A stretch of DNA of 64,000 bases, from the NCBI GenBank assembly GCA_041688145.1, contig JBDNIV010000017.1, positions 13,446 through 77,445 on the forward strand, read 5' to 3'. Made by a program: the position numbers and the translations under genes. A model generated the notes under the pieces. It had not been told where the DNA came from. It saw only the letters and a list, made by a program, of their open reading frames with translations, and did not search any database. Positions within the stretch are counted from its first letter, which is position 1; each line of letters begins with the position of its first letter. The stretch is from Chlamydiia bacterium (GTDB lineage: Bacteria > Chlamydiota > Chlamydiia > Chlamydiales > JAAKFQ01). Of the stretch, positions 9,363-18,764 are shown one piece after another.

Positions 9363-9902
9363 ATGTCATTAATATCAAATAGCTACCAAGCTATAGCCCC
9401 TTATGGGCTTTCTTTACCCCCAGTAAGAGCAGCTCTTTTATTAGCTGGGTCTTTATTAGTTATCCAAGCTTTGGCTATGGCGGCTTTTAATAGATTGACC
9501 TCACCTCCTGAAATTAGACAAAGTGATTTTAGGCACGAGCAGAATCCTCCGTATGAGACGGTAGTCAATGAAGAAACAGGGGCTCGTTTGGGCAAAATTA
9601 AAGCTGTTAAAGCTCTTTATGCCTTTGCTGCTGTAGGAAGTGCTGTTATACCTATTTGCATAAACCCTGCCTATACAGCGTTCTATATGACAAGCCTTAT
9701 GTTGTTTGCTCGGTTTATAGCTGCACCCACACAAGACAATCTCTCTGGAAAATTGCCTCTATCCGCGGGTGAGATGACTTTTACAGACAAGGATGCGCCA
9801 ATTGCTGACACAAACCGCTTTAATAATGCAGCTGTGCCTCTACTACAGCAAATGGCTGCGCCAATTCTACATTTTATCCATAGCTGCTGCCGTGCTGCAT
9901 AA
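9363..9902 (+). CDS. Hypothetical membrane protein (Inc-like candidate)
   Basis: N-terminal TM segment (AALLLAGSLLVIQALAMAAF) plus a bilobed hydrophobic stretch (ALYAFAAVGSAVIPICINPAYTAFYMTSLMLFARFIAAP). An AT-rich promoter-like region lies upstream. Confidence 0.5.
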   Translation: MSLISNSYQAIAPYGLSLPPVRAALLLAGSLLVIQALAMAAFNRLTSPPEIRQSDFRHEQNPPYETVVNEETGARLGKIKAVKALYAFAAVGSAVIPICINPAYTAFYMTSLMLFARFIAAPTQDNLSGKLPLSAGEMTFTDKDAPIADTNRFNNAAVPLLQQMAAPILHFIHSCCRAA

Positions 9903-9914
9903 ATTTCATCTTAG

Positions 9915-10898
9915 CTAATCAAGATTAGTAGCCTCTACAAGCGCTTTTTCTATCCCAGGCTCAGATGAGCTATGCCCTGCATCACTGATCACTTCAAAAT
10001 GCGCCTCTGGCCATGCTTTATATAGCTTGTAAGCCTGTGAAATGGGGCAGACGATGTCATACCGCCCATGAATAATATAGGCTGGGATATGGCGGATCTT
10101 ATCAATGTTATCTAAAAGCTGGGTCTCGTTTTCTAAAAAAAGGCCGTGATAGATGTAGTGATTTTCTAACTGAGCAATTGCCCAAACAGCATCTAGATCA
10201 GGCTCGCAAGACTCTATGCTCCCCTCTTTATGTTTAGCTGCAGCATTGATAGAAAGGGTCTTTGTCTCCCAGTTAGCCCAGGCAGTAGCGGCTCTTCGGG
10301 ATATCAGTGGATCAGGGTCTTTAAGCCTATGGTGATACGCGCTAATAAGATCGCTATGCTCTTCATCTGGAATAGGAGCTATAAACTCTTCCCATAAATC
10401 CGGGAATAAGAAGTTAGCCCCCTCTTGATAAAACCATTTAAGCTCTTCAGTTAAGCCCAAAAATATCCCTCTAAGCACAAGCTTGCCAACTTTATCGGGA
10501 TGCGTCTGAGCGTACGCAAGGCTCAATGTCGATCCCCATGAACCCCCAAAGACAATATCCCACTTCGCTATTCCTAAATGCTCTCGCAGTTTCTCAATGT
10601 CAGCAACTAAATCCCAAGTAGTATTTTCATCTAAACAGGCGTGAGGTGTGCTTTGTCCAGACCCTCTTTGGTCAAAAGCGACAATACGAAAACGATCAGG
10701 ATCAAAATAACGCCTGCTTTTAGGAGTGATTTGCCCGCCAGGTCCCCCATGAAGATATAGGGCTGCTTTACCGTTAGGCTTACCGCTTTGCTCATAATAC
10801 AGGGTATGGATGTCACTGACAGGCAAAAAGCCCGCATCAAAAGGCTCTATTTCTGGATAAAGATATTCACCCACTACAAGAAAGCTCCTATGAGGCAT
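9915..10898 (-). CDS. pip: Proline iminopeptidase (alpha/beta hydrolase)
   Basis: HGGPGG...FDPDRFRIVAFDQRGSGQSTP and the nucleophile elbow GGSWGSTL. Confidence 0.9.
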   Translation of the reverse strand: MPHRSFLVVGEYLYPEIEPFDAGFLPVSDIHTLYYEQSGKPNGKAALYLHGGPGGQITPKSRRYFDPDRFRIVAFDQRGSGQSTPHACLDENTTWDLVADIEKLREHLGIAKWDIVFGGSWGSTLSLAYAQTHPDKVGKLVLRGIFLGLTEELKWFYQEGANFLFPDLWEEFIAPIPDEEHSDLISAYHHRLKDPDPLISRRAATAWANWETKTLSINAAAKHKEGSIESCEPDLDAVWAIAQLENHYIYHGLFLENETQLLDNIDKIRHIPAYIIHGRYDIVCPISQAYKLYKAWPEAHFEVISDAGHSSSEPGIEKALVEATNLD

Positions 10899-10940
10899 GT
10901 TAAAGGCCCCTAAAACTTACCATGGACGATAATGACTTTT

Positions 10941-12077
10941 CTAAACAAGCTCTGGATTTAGGCGGCTTGATTCAGCAGCGCTCATTTGATCTAGGCGACT
11001 TGTTTGGTGCATAAGCAAAAGGTCTGCTAAAACAAGCGCTGTCATAGCTTCTACTACTGGCGCTGCGCGCACAGCAATACAAGGATCATGCCGCGAGCCT
11101 TTGGGAAGCTTGTGTACTGCCGCCTCGTCAGAAAGCGTGATGGTTTTTTGCGGCTTTTGAATGCTAGAAGTCGGCTTAAAAGCAGCTCGAAAAATAAGAG
11201 GCATGCTTGTCGAAATCCCCGCTAAGACTCCCCCAGCATGATTGGTTTTTGTTCTAAGCCCCTTTTGAAAAGAAACCGGTTCATCATTATGCTCTGAGCC
11301 CATCATTTTAGCAGAAGCAAAGCCAGATCCAATCTCAAAGCCTTTGCAGGCAGGAATAGAAAGACAGGCATGTGCAAGCTTTGCATCTAGCCGCTCATAA
11401 ATAGGAGCGCCAATGCCTGCAGGTAAAATAGCTTGCGCCTCTATAATTCCGCCTAGGGAATCGCCTGATTTTTTAGCGGCCTCTATTTTAAATGCTATCT
11501 CATTGCTTGTTTTTTCATCTGGGCAAAAAAGAGGATCGTTATATGTCTGATTTCTTAAATCTTCAAATTCAAGATCAGAAACATCTAGAGCTATGCCTCC
11601 AGCTTCTTTTAAATAAGCTACACACTGGATGCCAAAATGCTTTAAAAGCTTAGCTGCTATAGCCCCCGCTGCCACCCGGCTAGCTGTTTCTCGAGCAGAA
11701 GCTCTGCCTCCCCCAAGATGATCAAAAACGCCGTATTTTTTTAGATATACTCCATTGGCATGACCCGGCCTAATGATATCCTTTAAATCACGGTAAGCCA
11801 TAGAGTCTTTGTTCTTATTTTGGATCAGAAGAGATATAGGAGATCCTGTCGTATATCCATCAAAAACACCCGATAAAATCTCCACATGATCGGGCTCTTT
11901 TCTGGGAGATACCCATGGAGTTTTCCCAGGAGCCCTACGATCTAAGGCGCCTTGAATGTCATCTTCATTAAGCTCTAAACCTGCAGGGCACCCATCAATC
12001 ACAACTCCAATAGAAGGCCCATGAGACTCTCCCCAGGTAGTGATGCGAAATGCTTGGCCAAAGCTATTTGAGGGCAT
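10941..12077 (-). CDS. aroC: Chorismate synthase
   Basis: FGQAFRITTWGESHG at the N-terminus. The internal Met at 12077 aligns with the E. coli AroC start (track start 12089). Overlaps the aroK stop by 14 nt. Confidence 0.95.
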   Translation of the reverse strand: MPSNSFGQAFRITTWGESHGPSIGVVIDGCPAGLELNEDDIQGALDRRAPGKTPWVSPRKEPDHVEILSGVFDGYTTGSPISLLIQNKNKDSMAYRDLKDIIRPGHANGVYLKKYGVFDHLGGGRASARETASRVAAGAIAAKLLKHFGIQCVAYLKEAGGIALDVSDLEFEDLRNQTYNDPLFCPDEKTSNEIAFKIEAAKKSGDSLGGIIEAQAILPAGIGAPIYERLDAKLAHACLSIPACKGFEIGSGFASAKMMGSEHNDEPVSFQKGLRTKTNHAGGVLAGISTSMPLIFRAAFKPTSSIQKPQKTITLSDEAAVHKLPKGSRHDPCIAVRAAPVVEAMTALVLADLLLMHQTSRLDQMSAAESSRLNPELV

Positions 12078-12606
12078 GGGACGCCTCACTATGGACTAAA
12101 GAAGTGATATAGCTAACAACAGCTTCGTGATCGTATTTTTCCATATCGACCTTTATATCTGCTAAAGAAGAAAAAAGGGGGTCACGCTTTGCCCAAACAA
12201 CTTTAAAAGAGGTGTGAGGATCTTTTGCATCTATAAAAAGAGGCACTCCATTTTTAAACATTTGCCTCTCTGCAGCTCTTTTAGAAAGATGCATGTAAAC
12301 GAAACGCACATTACCTGCCAGGTGTTTAATCACTTCAGGATTAGTAAGCGCTCCTCCCCCAAGTGCGATGATTTGAGGCTTAGAAAAATCTATGGAAACA
12401 ACAGCCTTAATTTCAAGCATTCTAAAGAGCTTCTCTCCGTATGTATGGAAAATTTCTCGACAACTTAAAAGTCGACCGGTTGTTCTTAAGTACATTTGTT
12501 CAATAAGTCTATCAGTATCAACAAAAGTGCACCCCGCTCGCTTTGCAGCTTCGCGTCCATAAGTGCTTTTACCTACATTTTTAAATCCAATAAGAGCAAG
12601 TGACAT
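12064..12606 (-). CDS. aroK: Shikimate kinase
   Basis: P-loop GFKNVGKST, the expected size (180 aa), and its position inside the shikimate operon. Confidence 0.85.
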   Translation of the reverse strand: MSLALIGFKNVGKSTYGREAAKRAGCTFVDTDRLIEQMYLRTTGRLLSCREIFHTYGEKLFRMLEIKAVVSIDFSKPQIIALGGGALTNPEVIKHLAGNVRFVYMHLSKRAAERQMFKNGVPLFIDAKDPHTSFKVVWAKRDPLFSSLADIKVDMEKYDHEAVVSYITSLVHSEASHALK

Positions 12607-12661
12607 AAAACGGCCTCCTAGCTAAAACCCTAAGCCCCCCAACTATACGCTTCAAAGAAAG

Positions 12662-13900
12662 TTAAGGGCACGGAAAAAATAATGTTTCTAAAAAATTAGG
12701 GTATGTTTTCTCTATACATGCCGCTTGAGAAAGATGCGTTTTTCCCTCTGCTCTTAAAGCTGCAATACTGAGTGCTAAAGCAATTCTATGATCTTTATGG
12801 CTATCCACAAACGCGCCTTTAAGCGCTTTTTCATAAATAATAAGACCTTCTTTTTCCACTTCAATATGGGCGCCCATTTTTTTCAGCTCCTGTGCAATCA
12901 CCTCAATGCGGTTACACTCTTTTGCCTTTGCAATAGCGCCATTAAAAAGATGCGTTTTTCCTTTAGCAAAGCAGCCAATAACAGCAAGTAAAGGAAGTGC
13001 GTCAATTATAGGGTTCACATCAATAGCTCTTCCCACTAAAAACTCTGTTGGAAATACCTCAAGAGCCTTTTGTGAAATGCGCACATCAGCTCCCATTTCC
13101 TGCAAAAGATAAACGAGCGCTTTATCTCCTTGGCTATCTGAAAAATCGACACCCTCTATTATAAGATGAGAGCGCATTAAAATAGCCGCAACAAGAGGAT
13201 AGCTGATAGAACTGAAATCTCCTGGCACTTCATAAGAAAAACCTGAATATCCCCCTTTACCGAATACCGTAATTTTCTGAAAATCTTCATTCTTATACGA
13301 AACTCCTAAGCGATCAAGCCAATCTAAAGAGACGCTCACCCACGGCTTTTCTCCGGGGTTTTTCACGCGGATTTCTAGAGGTTGTACAAGCAAGGCTCCT
13401 AAAAAAATAAGTGCTGATACAGGCTGAGAGTCTCTGCCTTCTAACTCTACGCACAAAGGCCTATTACTATTGATACAAGCCTTAAGTTCTCTTAATGCAT
13501 TTGATAAATCATCCATAGGCCTTGAGAGCAGTGAAGCATCGCCTGTGAGGTTGATGGGCTTTTTGGCTAAAGCTGTAAGAGCTGATAAAAACCTAAGCGC
13601 TATACCTGAATTTCCAAGGTCCAAAGATTCCGAAAAAGAGCTATTTATAACACCTGCATTGCCTGTTACTATGATCTCTGAAGATTCTTGATTTTCTTCT
13701 TCCCAATGAAACTGAGCGCCAAGCTTCTCTAAAGCAGCTATGAGTTTTTTTGCATCTTCAGAAATAAGCAAGTTTTTAAGACGGCTTTTGCCTTTTGCAA
13801 AAGCGCTTAAAATAAGCGCTCGCACTGTATGAGATTTAGAAGCTGGCGCCCGCACCTTCGAAGGTAAGCGCACTTTGCTTGGAGTAATCACTGTGTTCAT
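12662..13900 (-). CDS. aroA: 3-phosphoshikimate 1-carboxyvinyltransferase (EPSP synthase)
   Basis: PASKSHTVRALILSA resembles the PGSKSxSNRALLLAAL motif, and LGNSGIALRFL is present. Met at 13900 gives an N-terminal length like E. coli AroA (track start 13942). Overlaps the aroDE 3' end by 65 nt. Confidence 0.92.
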   Translation of the reverse strand: MNTVITPSKVRLPSKVRAPASKSHTVRALILSAFAKGKSRLKNLLISEDAKKLIAALEKLGAQFHWEEENQESSEIIVTGNAGVINSSFSESLDLGNSGIALRFLSALTALAKKPINLTGDASLLSRPMDDLSNALRELKACINSNRPLCVELEGRDSQPVSALIFLGALLVQPLEIRVKNPGEKPWVSVSLDWLDRLGVSYKNEDFQKITVFGKGGYSGFSYEVPGDFSSISYPLVAAILMRSHLIIEGVDFSDSQGDKALVYLLQEMGADVRISQKALEVFPTEFLVGRAIDVNPIIDALPLLAVIGCFAKGKTHLFNGAIAKAKECNRIEVIAQELKKMGAHIEVEKEGLIIYEKALKGAFVDSHKDHRIALALSIAALRAEGKTHLSQAACIEKTYPNFLETLFFPCP

Positions 13901-15224
13901 CAGCAAACCAAAATTCTTGTTGTAAGGTCGCTTGAGCAACAAATAGCTCTCGACCTGAAATTGTCTCGCATCCTGAGGCTTTCGCTGAAGACAAAAAAGG
14001 TGTATTTCCCTGAATTACTTCTAAAGCTACAGCACCTTTCGGCAAGGTGTAATCAATAGGCAGATCTATGCTGCTTGTTGCCTGAACAACTACTTCAAAC
14101 CCATAAGGACAGAAATTAAATAAGTTGTAGCCCAAGGCGCCTATTTGCACAGCTGCCTCTTTTGCTTTTTCTAAAGTACGGTTAAAAAAGGCAACTGTAG
14201 CTCCTTTTTCCATGAGGCTAAAGCCAATCGCACGTGCAGTAGCTCCTGCTCCTAAAATAGCCACGCGTGCTCCAAAAAGATCGAGTTTCCGCTCAAGACA
14301 AAAAGCTGCTGCGGGCCCATCGGTATTTGCTGCAATTAAAGACCCCTCTTTTAAAAGAAGCGTGTTAGCAGCGCCCGTCTTAAGGGTACATGCATCTTTA
14401 TAGACTGCAATGGATGCGGCTTCTTCTTTAAGAGGAGTCGTTACACTATAACCAAAAAAATCGAGCTCTACCGCCTTTTCAACAAAATCAGCGAGCTCTC
14501 CTAGCTGTAAAGGCACTTTGATATAGCGAATATCTAGATTTTTTCTTCGAAGCATCTCATTGTGAAAGATGTGCCCGCAGCTTTTATTAACAGGCGATCC
14601 CACTAGAGCTAAAATACGCGTTTTAGTTGTTTGCTCTTTTACATGGTAAATATCTACAAGCTCATCAAGGGTGAGTTGCCCAGGAGCAGTACATAGGTTT
14701 TTATTCACCGCTGCAAAAGTAATGCCATTTTGAAGCTTTTGGCTAAGTGCTCTTCCGAACTGCCCACACTCCCCCATAGCAACGCCAATAAGGTCTTTTT
14801 TAGTCGTAAAAAACTCCAAAGCCTCTAGTGCTGATGTACAAGGAAACGCCATCTTGTAAAAGCAGGCAGGAATAAGCCTTTTGATCTCAGGCTCTCTATC
14901 CCCATGACGACTCAGTATAACTCGCCCTAAAAGATTGTGTTTTTTCAGCTCTTTTAGGAGTTCAGGAAGCTCATCTACCTCTATCTGGACATAAGTAGGC
15001 TTTAGCTTTACCCAAGGCTCTATTGAACACTCTAAGCTGACACTCAAAATCCAAGGCCTCAGCGGTAAAAAATGTGATACTTCTTCAGGTTTAAGCTCTG
15101 GGTACAGATCGAGCCTAAGCTCAAGAAGATCAGCTTTAGCTAAAGACTTTGCAATTTGCCACTTGATATCTCGGGCTTTTGGCCCAACTAAACTAGCGCA
15201 CAGAAGCGTTTTCATAGCCCGCAT
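13836..15224 (-). CDS. aroDE: Bifunctional 3-dehydroquinate dehydratase / shikimate 5-dehydrogenase
   Basis: The N-terminal half is type I DHQase-like. The C-terminal half has shikimate dehydrogenase features (NTDGPAAAF, Rossmann ILGAGATARAI). The same fusion occurs in Chlamydia. Confidence 0.85.
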   Translation of the reverse strand: MRAMKTLLCASLVGPKARDIKWQIAKSLAKADLLELRLDLYPELKPEEVSHFLPLRPWILSVSLECSIEPWVKLKPTYVQIEVDELPELLKELKKHNLLGRVILSRHGDREPEIKRLIPACFYKMAFPCTSALEALEFFTTKKDLIGVAMGECGQFGRALSQKLQNGITFAAVNKNLCTAPGQLTLDELVDIYHVKEQTTKTRILALVGSPVNKSCGHIFHNEMLRRKNLDIRYIKVPLQLGELADFVEKAVELDFFGYSVTTPLKEEAASIAVYKDACTLKTGAANTLLLKEGSLIAANTDGPAAAFCLERKLDLFGARVAILGAGATARAIGFSLMEKGATVAFFNRTLEKAKEAAVQIGALGYNLFNFCPYGFEVVVQATSSIDLPIDYTLPKGAVALEVIQGNTPFLSSAKASGCETISGRELFVAQATLQQEFWFADEHSDYSKQSALTFEGAGASF

Positions 15225-16362
15225 ACCTCATGAAAAACTCATTTAAGCTACTTTTTACCACATTCTGGTCTACTGCATGGGTAAAGCAGATCTTCTGCTT
15301 TTCTTTTAAATCTAATCCCTCATCAGAAACGTCATATTCTAATTGAGTGTGCACCTTTCCAACACCTTCTAACAAGACAAAGCGGATTTGGTTACCCTCA
15401 TTTTTTTTATCTCTGAGCATCAGCTCTATCACGAAGTCGAGGTTCTCTTTGCTCTCTAACGTCTCTTTGATAAGGATCATAAAAGCTGGCAAGCTAACAA
15501 AGATATGATGGATAAGTCTGTCCATCTCTTCAAACTCTTTTTCAGGCATATGCCCAAGCTTTAAGCTCAAAAAGTTAGCAAAAGCCATGCCAACAAAAAC
15601 GCCGTAGCCATGAGAGATTTCATACTTAAAAAGAGCTTCTATAGCATGACCGAGCGTGTGACCAAAGTTTAGCTGATCACGCATCTGACTTGCTTTTTCT
15701 TGAATGGAAGCATCTACAATATGTGCTTTTATTTTAAGATTTTTTTGAATCAGATCTTTTATAGCTGCGTTATCCTTAAAATCGAAATTAAAAAGCGTTT
15801 GTGCAAATTCTTTATCCTGAATAAGCGCATGCTTAACGACCTCTGCCATTCCAGATAAGCGCTCAGTTTCATTAAGTGTTTTTAATAAGCTTGGATCAAT
15901 AAATATCCCCTGAGGAAAATGTATTGAGCCTATCATATTTTTTGCTTGATCGGTATTGACTCCATTTTTGCCCCCGTAGCACGCATCAACCATAGACAAA
16001 AGAGTCGTTGGCACTGAGTATAAGCGCACACCTCTCATGTAGGTCGCTGCAATAAAGCCTGCTAAGTCTAAAACAACGCCGCCACCTAAAGCTATAATAG
16101 CTGAAGCTTTATCAAAACCAGCAGCTATTAACGCATCTTCTATCTGCTCTTTAGTCTTTCTTATTTTGGAAGCCTCTCCAGCTTCAAAAGAAAAAATACC
16201 TACAGCAAAATCCGCGTTTTCTAGTTTTTCTAAAACACTTTGCCCATAGAGTTTTTCAACCGTGGTATCTGTGATAATAGCAATAGAGCTAATAGAAGGG
16301 CTCGCCTTTTTTAAAGAAGACACAAGTGCATCTAAAGCGTCTATTTCAATATAGAATTTCAT
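15193..16362 (-). CDS. aroB: 3-dehydroquinate synthase
   Basis: GGGVVLDLAGFIAATYMRG, VDACYGGKNGVN and the metal-site sequence NFGHTLGHAIE. Confidence 0.9.
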   Translation of the reverse strand: MKFYIEIDALDALVSSLKKASPSISSIAIITDTTVEKLYGQSVLEKLENADFAVGIFSFEAGEASKIRKTKEQIEDALIAAGFDKASAIIALGGGVVLDLAGFIAATYMRGVRLYSVPTTLLSMVDACYGGKNGVNTDQAKNMIGSIHFPQGIFIDPSLLKTLNETERLSGMAEVVKHALIQDKEFAQTLFNFDFKDNAAIKDLIQKNLKIKAHIVDASIQEKASQMRDQLNFGHTLGHAIEALFKYEISHGYGVFVGMAFANFLSLKLGHMPEKEFEEMDRLIHHIFVSLPAFMILIKETLESKENLDFVIELMLRDKKNEGNQIRFVLLEGVGKVHTQLEYDVSDEGLDLKEKQKICFTHAVDQNVVKSSLNEFFMRYAGYENASVR

Positions 16363-16421
16363 AGTCTAGGAGAATAGACGAGAGGCGCTAATCAGACAAG
16401 TTTAACAAAGCATCTTATCGA

Positions 16422-17585
16422 CTAGCTTTCTTCTTTTTGAGCTCTTCTTTGCTCAAGTCTTAAGGGAGTGCTACGAGCAAGTTTTTGTCTAGCATCACCT
16501 CTTATAGGTGTATCTGCCTCTGTAGCCCCACCAGGTGATAGGGTCGATGCTAAGGCTGCAATTCTTAGCGCCCGAACCCGAGGATCTAAAGGAACAGCCC
16601 CTAATCTTAGCTCTTCTTCATCTGCCTCAATTACAGGTCCTGAATCTTTGAATAGAATATAGAAAGTGTCAGTAGGACCTTCTACATTTCCGGAGTCTAC
16701 TTTTACTAGGAAGTTGTCCTTGTAAGCTAAAAAATCCTTAATGCCTTCAATATTGTCATCGGAGCTAACTACTTTATCCAGAAGAAAAAAGAAAAGACGC
16801 CACTGCTCTTGAATGCCTGGTCCATGGTCATGGTCTACATTATTGAATCCAGTCATTATATCCTTTGCAAGTTGGCTCGGATAATATCCTGCTAGAACCC
16901 CGGGCTCTCTGGGCACTTGGCTATCCAAATCAGGGCAAGCTGCTTGTAGAGGTAAGCTCTCTTGCTTATGCTCTGTCATAGCTCCTAGATGCCCTGGAGT
17001 ATTAACCTCCATTCTAAGCCCTTCACTGAAGGCTCGAAAAAATCCTAAGGTTTGGTCTTTAAACGCAAGACCTCTTGCACACATAAGAGCAATCATGAAC
17101 ATATCTGCTATAGCGGTATCTAACTTGCTTTTAGCTAAAGCGCCTCTATCATCCACCCCTGGCTTAGAGCTTGTTGTTACTTTAATGCAGTGGGGATAGC
17201 TTGCACTTTCTTCTTCTGAAATGTTTAAAGAAGCTCGCTTATCTAGATCAAGTGCTAAGACGCCTCCTTCAATCCCTTCAAGCTGCTGCTTAGGGGCCAC
17301 AGCAACATGCTCTTTAGCCTCCTCAAACCACGTCTGTAATTGAGGTCCCAAAACCTTCAGCCTTCCTGGAGTGGATACTTGCGGCTTTATAGCTGGGTTA
17401 TCAGGTTGATCTGGAAGTTTTTTGCTACCTGATGCTTGAAAAATCCTTACAAGCGCAAAAATAGCACCTAAAGCAAGCAGTGTTACAACTACCCTTAGCT
17501 TCCACGAGCTATTCGTAATTACTTTTGGCAGCCCTAAAGATGCAGGCATATTGGGCATATAAGAAGTGATTGAAGGAAGTGGCAT
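16422..17585 (-). CDS. Hypothetical membrane-anchored protein
   Basis: 387-aa ORF with a single N-terminal TM segment (LRVVVTLLALGAIFALV). No motif recognised. Confidence 0.55.
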   Translation of the reverse strand: MPLPSITSYMPNMPASLGLPKVITNSSWKLRVVVTLLALGAIFALVRIFQASGSKKLPDQPDNPAIKPQVSTPGRLKVLGPQLQTWFEEAKEHVAVAPKQQLEGIEGGVLALDLDKRASLNISEEESASYPHCIKVTTSSKPGVDDRGALAKSKLDTAIADMFMIALMCARGLAFKDQTLGFFRAFSEGLRMEVNTPGHLGAMTEHKQESLPLQAACPDLDSQVPREPGVLAGYYPSQLAKDIMTGFNNVDHDHGPGIQEQWRLFFFLLDKVVSSDDNIEGIKDFLAYKDNFLVKVDSGNVEGPTDTFYILFKDSGPVIEADEEELRLGAVPLDPRVRALRIAALASTLSPGGATEADTPIRGDARQKLARSTPLRLEQRRAQKEES

Positions 17586-17720
17586 TTTTTAAACCTTGAA
17601 TAATGAATATAAAGAGCGTTGCTGATTTTGAGATAAAAATCGAATAAAAAATCATTTGCTCTTACGCCTCTTTTTCTGATACAACTAAAGCCTCTATCAA
17701 ATGCACCTTTAGGAAAAGAT

Positions 17721-18764
17721 ATGCTGCTTATTCTACTTAACTACCTTCTTTGGTCTTCTGTTTTTGCTATTGGAAAGTCTGCTTTGACTGTCTCCCCCCC
17801 TCTTTTCTTAACGGCCGTAAGGATGCTTTTTGCTGCTGTGATTCTTTTAGGATATTTAGCTATTCGAAGCCGCTCAAGTTTTAAGCTCAACTTAAGGCAG
17901 ATAGGCGCTTTAGCCCTTTTTGGTTTTTTAGGTATCTATCTTACAAATGCTTTAGAGTTTTGGAGCCTCTCATCACTCCCAGCAGCTAAAGTCTGCTTTT
18001 TGTATAGCCTTTCTCCATTCTTAGCGGCGCTATTGTCATACTTTCACTTCAAGGAAAAAATGACCCCTAGAAAGTGGATTGGGATGGCTCTTGGTTTTTT
18101 AGCTATTTTCCCTGTGCTTATGCAGGAATCGGGATCAGAGTCTCTTATGAATGCCATAGGCTTTATCTCGTGGCCTGATATCGCGATGTTTGGAGCTGTC
18201 TTTGCTTCTGTCTATGGCTGGATTTTACTGCGCGTTAGCCTAAAAGAGCACAAGGTTTCAACGCTTATGGCTAATGCTTATGGTATGCTTATTGGAGGGC
18301 TGATGGCCCTTGTTAACTCTCTGCTTATCGATAGCTGGAATCCTCTCCCGGTCACGAGCTTTGCGCCTTTTATCCAGGGTGTTGTGCTGATGACGCTTAT
18401 CTCTAATATTATTTGCTTTAACATCTACGGCTACCTTTTAAAGAAATATACGATGACCTTGCTCTCTTTTGCAGGGCTTTTAAGTCCTATATTTGCTTCT
18501 GTAACTAGCCTGCTTATCCTAGGTGAACCTATCTCATGGACACTCATTAGCTGTACTGGAGTTATTTTATTTGCTTTATGGATTGTCTACTCAGAAGAGC
18601 TAAAGCTCGGCTACCTTAATAAAAACGATAAGCTCGCTTCCAAGCGGTCTCGAAAAAATCGTTGGGTAGCTGACAATGAAGAAGTTAAGCTTGGTTTTTC
18701 CGGCCAAAAGGAAGTTTCACCAGCCAAAAAGGCAAAACGCAGCCCACAATCAAGCCAAGGATAA
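17721..18764 (+). CDS. DMT superfamily (EamA-type) transporter
   Basis: About ten TM segments in two EamA-like halves. A 55-aa basic C-terminal tail runs antisense into the next gene. Confidence 0.8.
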   Translation: MLLILLNYLLWSSVFAIGKSALTVSPPLFLTAVRMLFAAVILLGYLAIRSRSSFKLNLRQIGALALFGFLGIYLTNALEFWSLSSLPAAKVCFLYSLSPFLAALLSYFHFKEKMTPRKWIGMALGFLAIFPVLMQESGSESLMNAIGFISWPDIAMFGAVFASVYGWILLRVSLKEHKVSTLMANAYGMLIGGLMALVNSLLIDSWNPLPVTSFAPFIQGVVLMTLISNIICFNIYGYLLKKYTMTLLSFAGLLSPIFASVTSLLILGEPISWTLISCTGVILFALWIVYSEELKLGYLNKNDKLASKRSRKNRWVADNEEVKLGFSGQKEVSPAKKAKRSPQSSQG

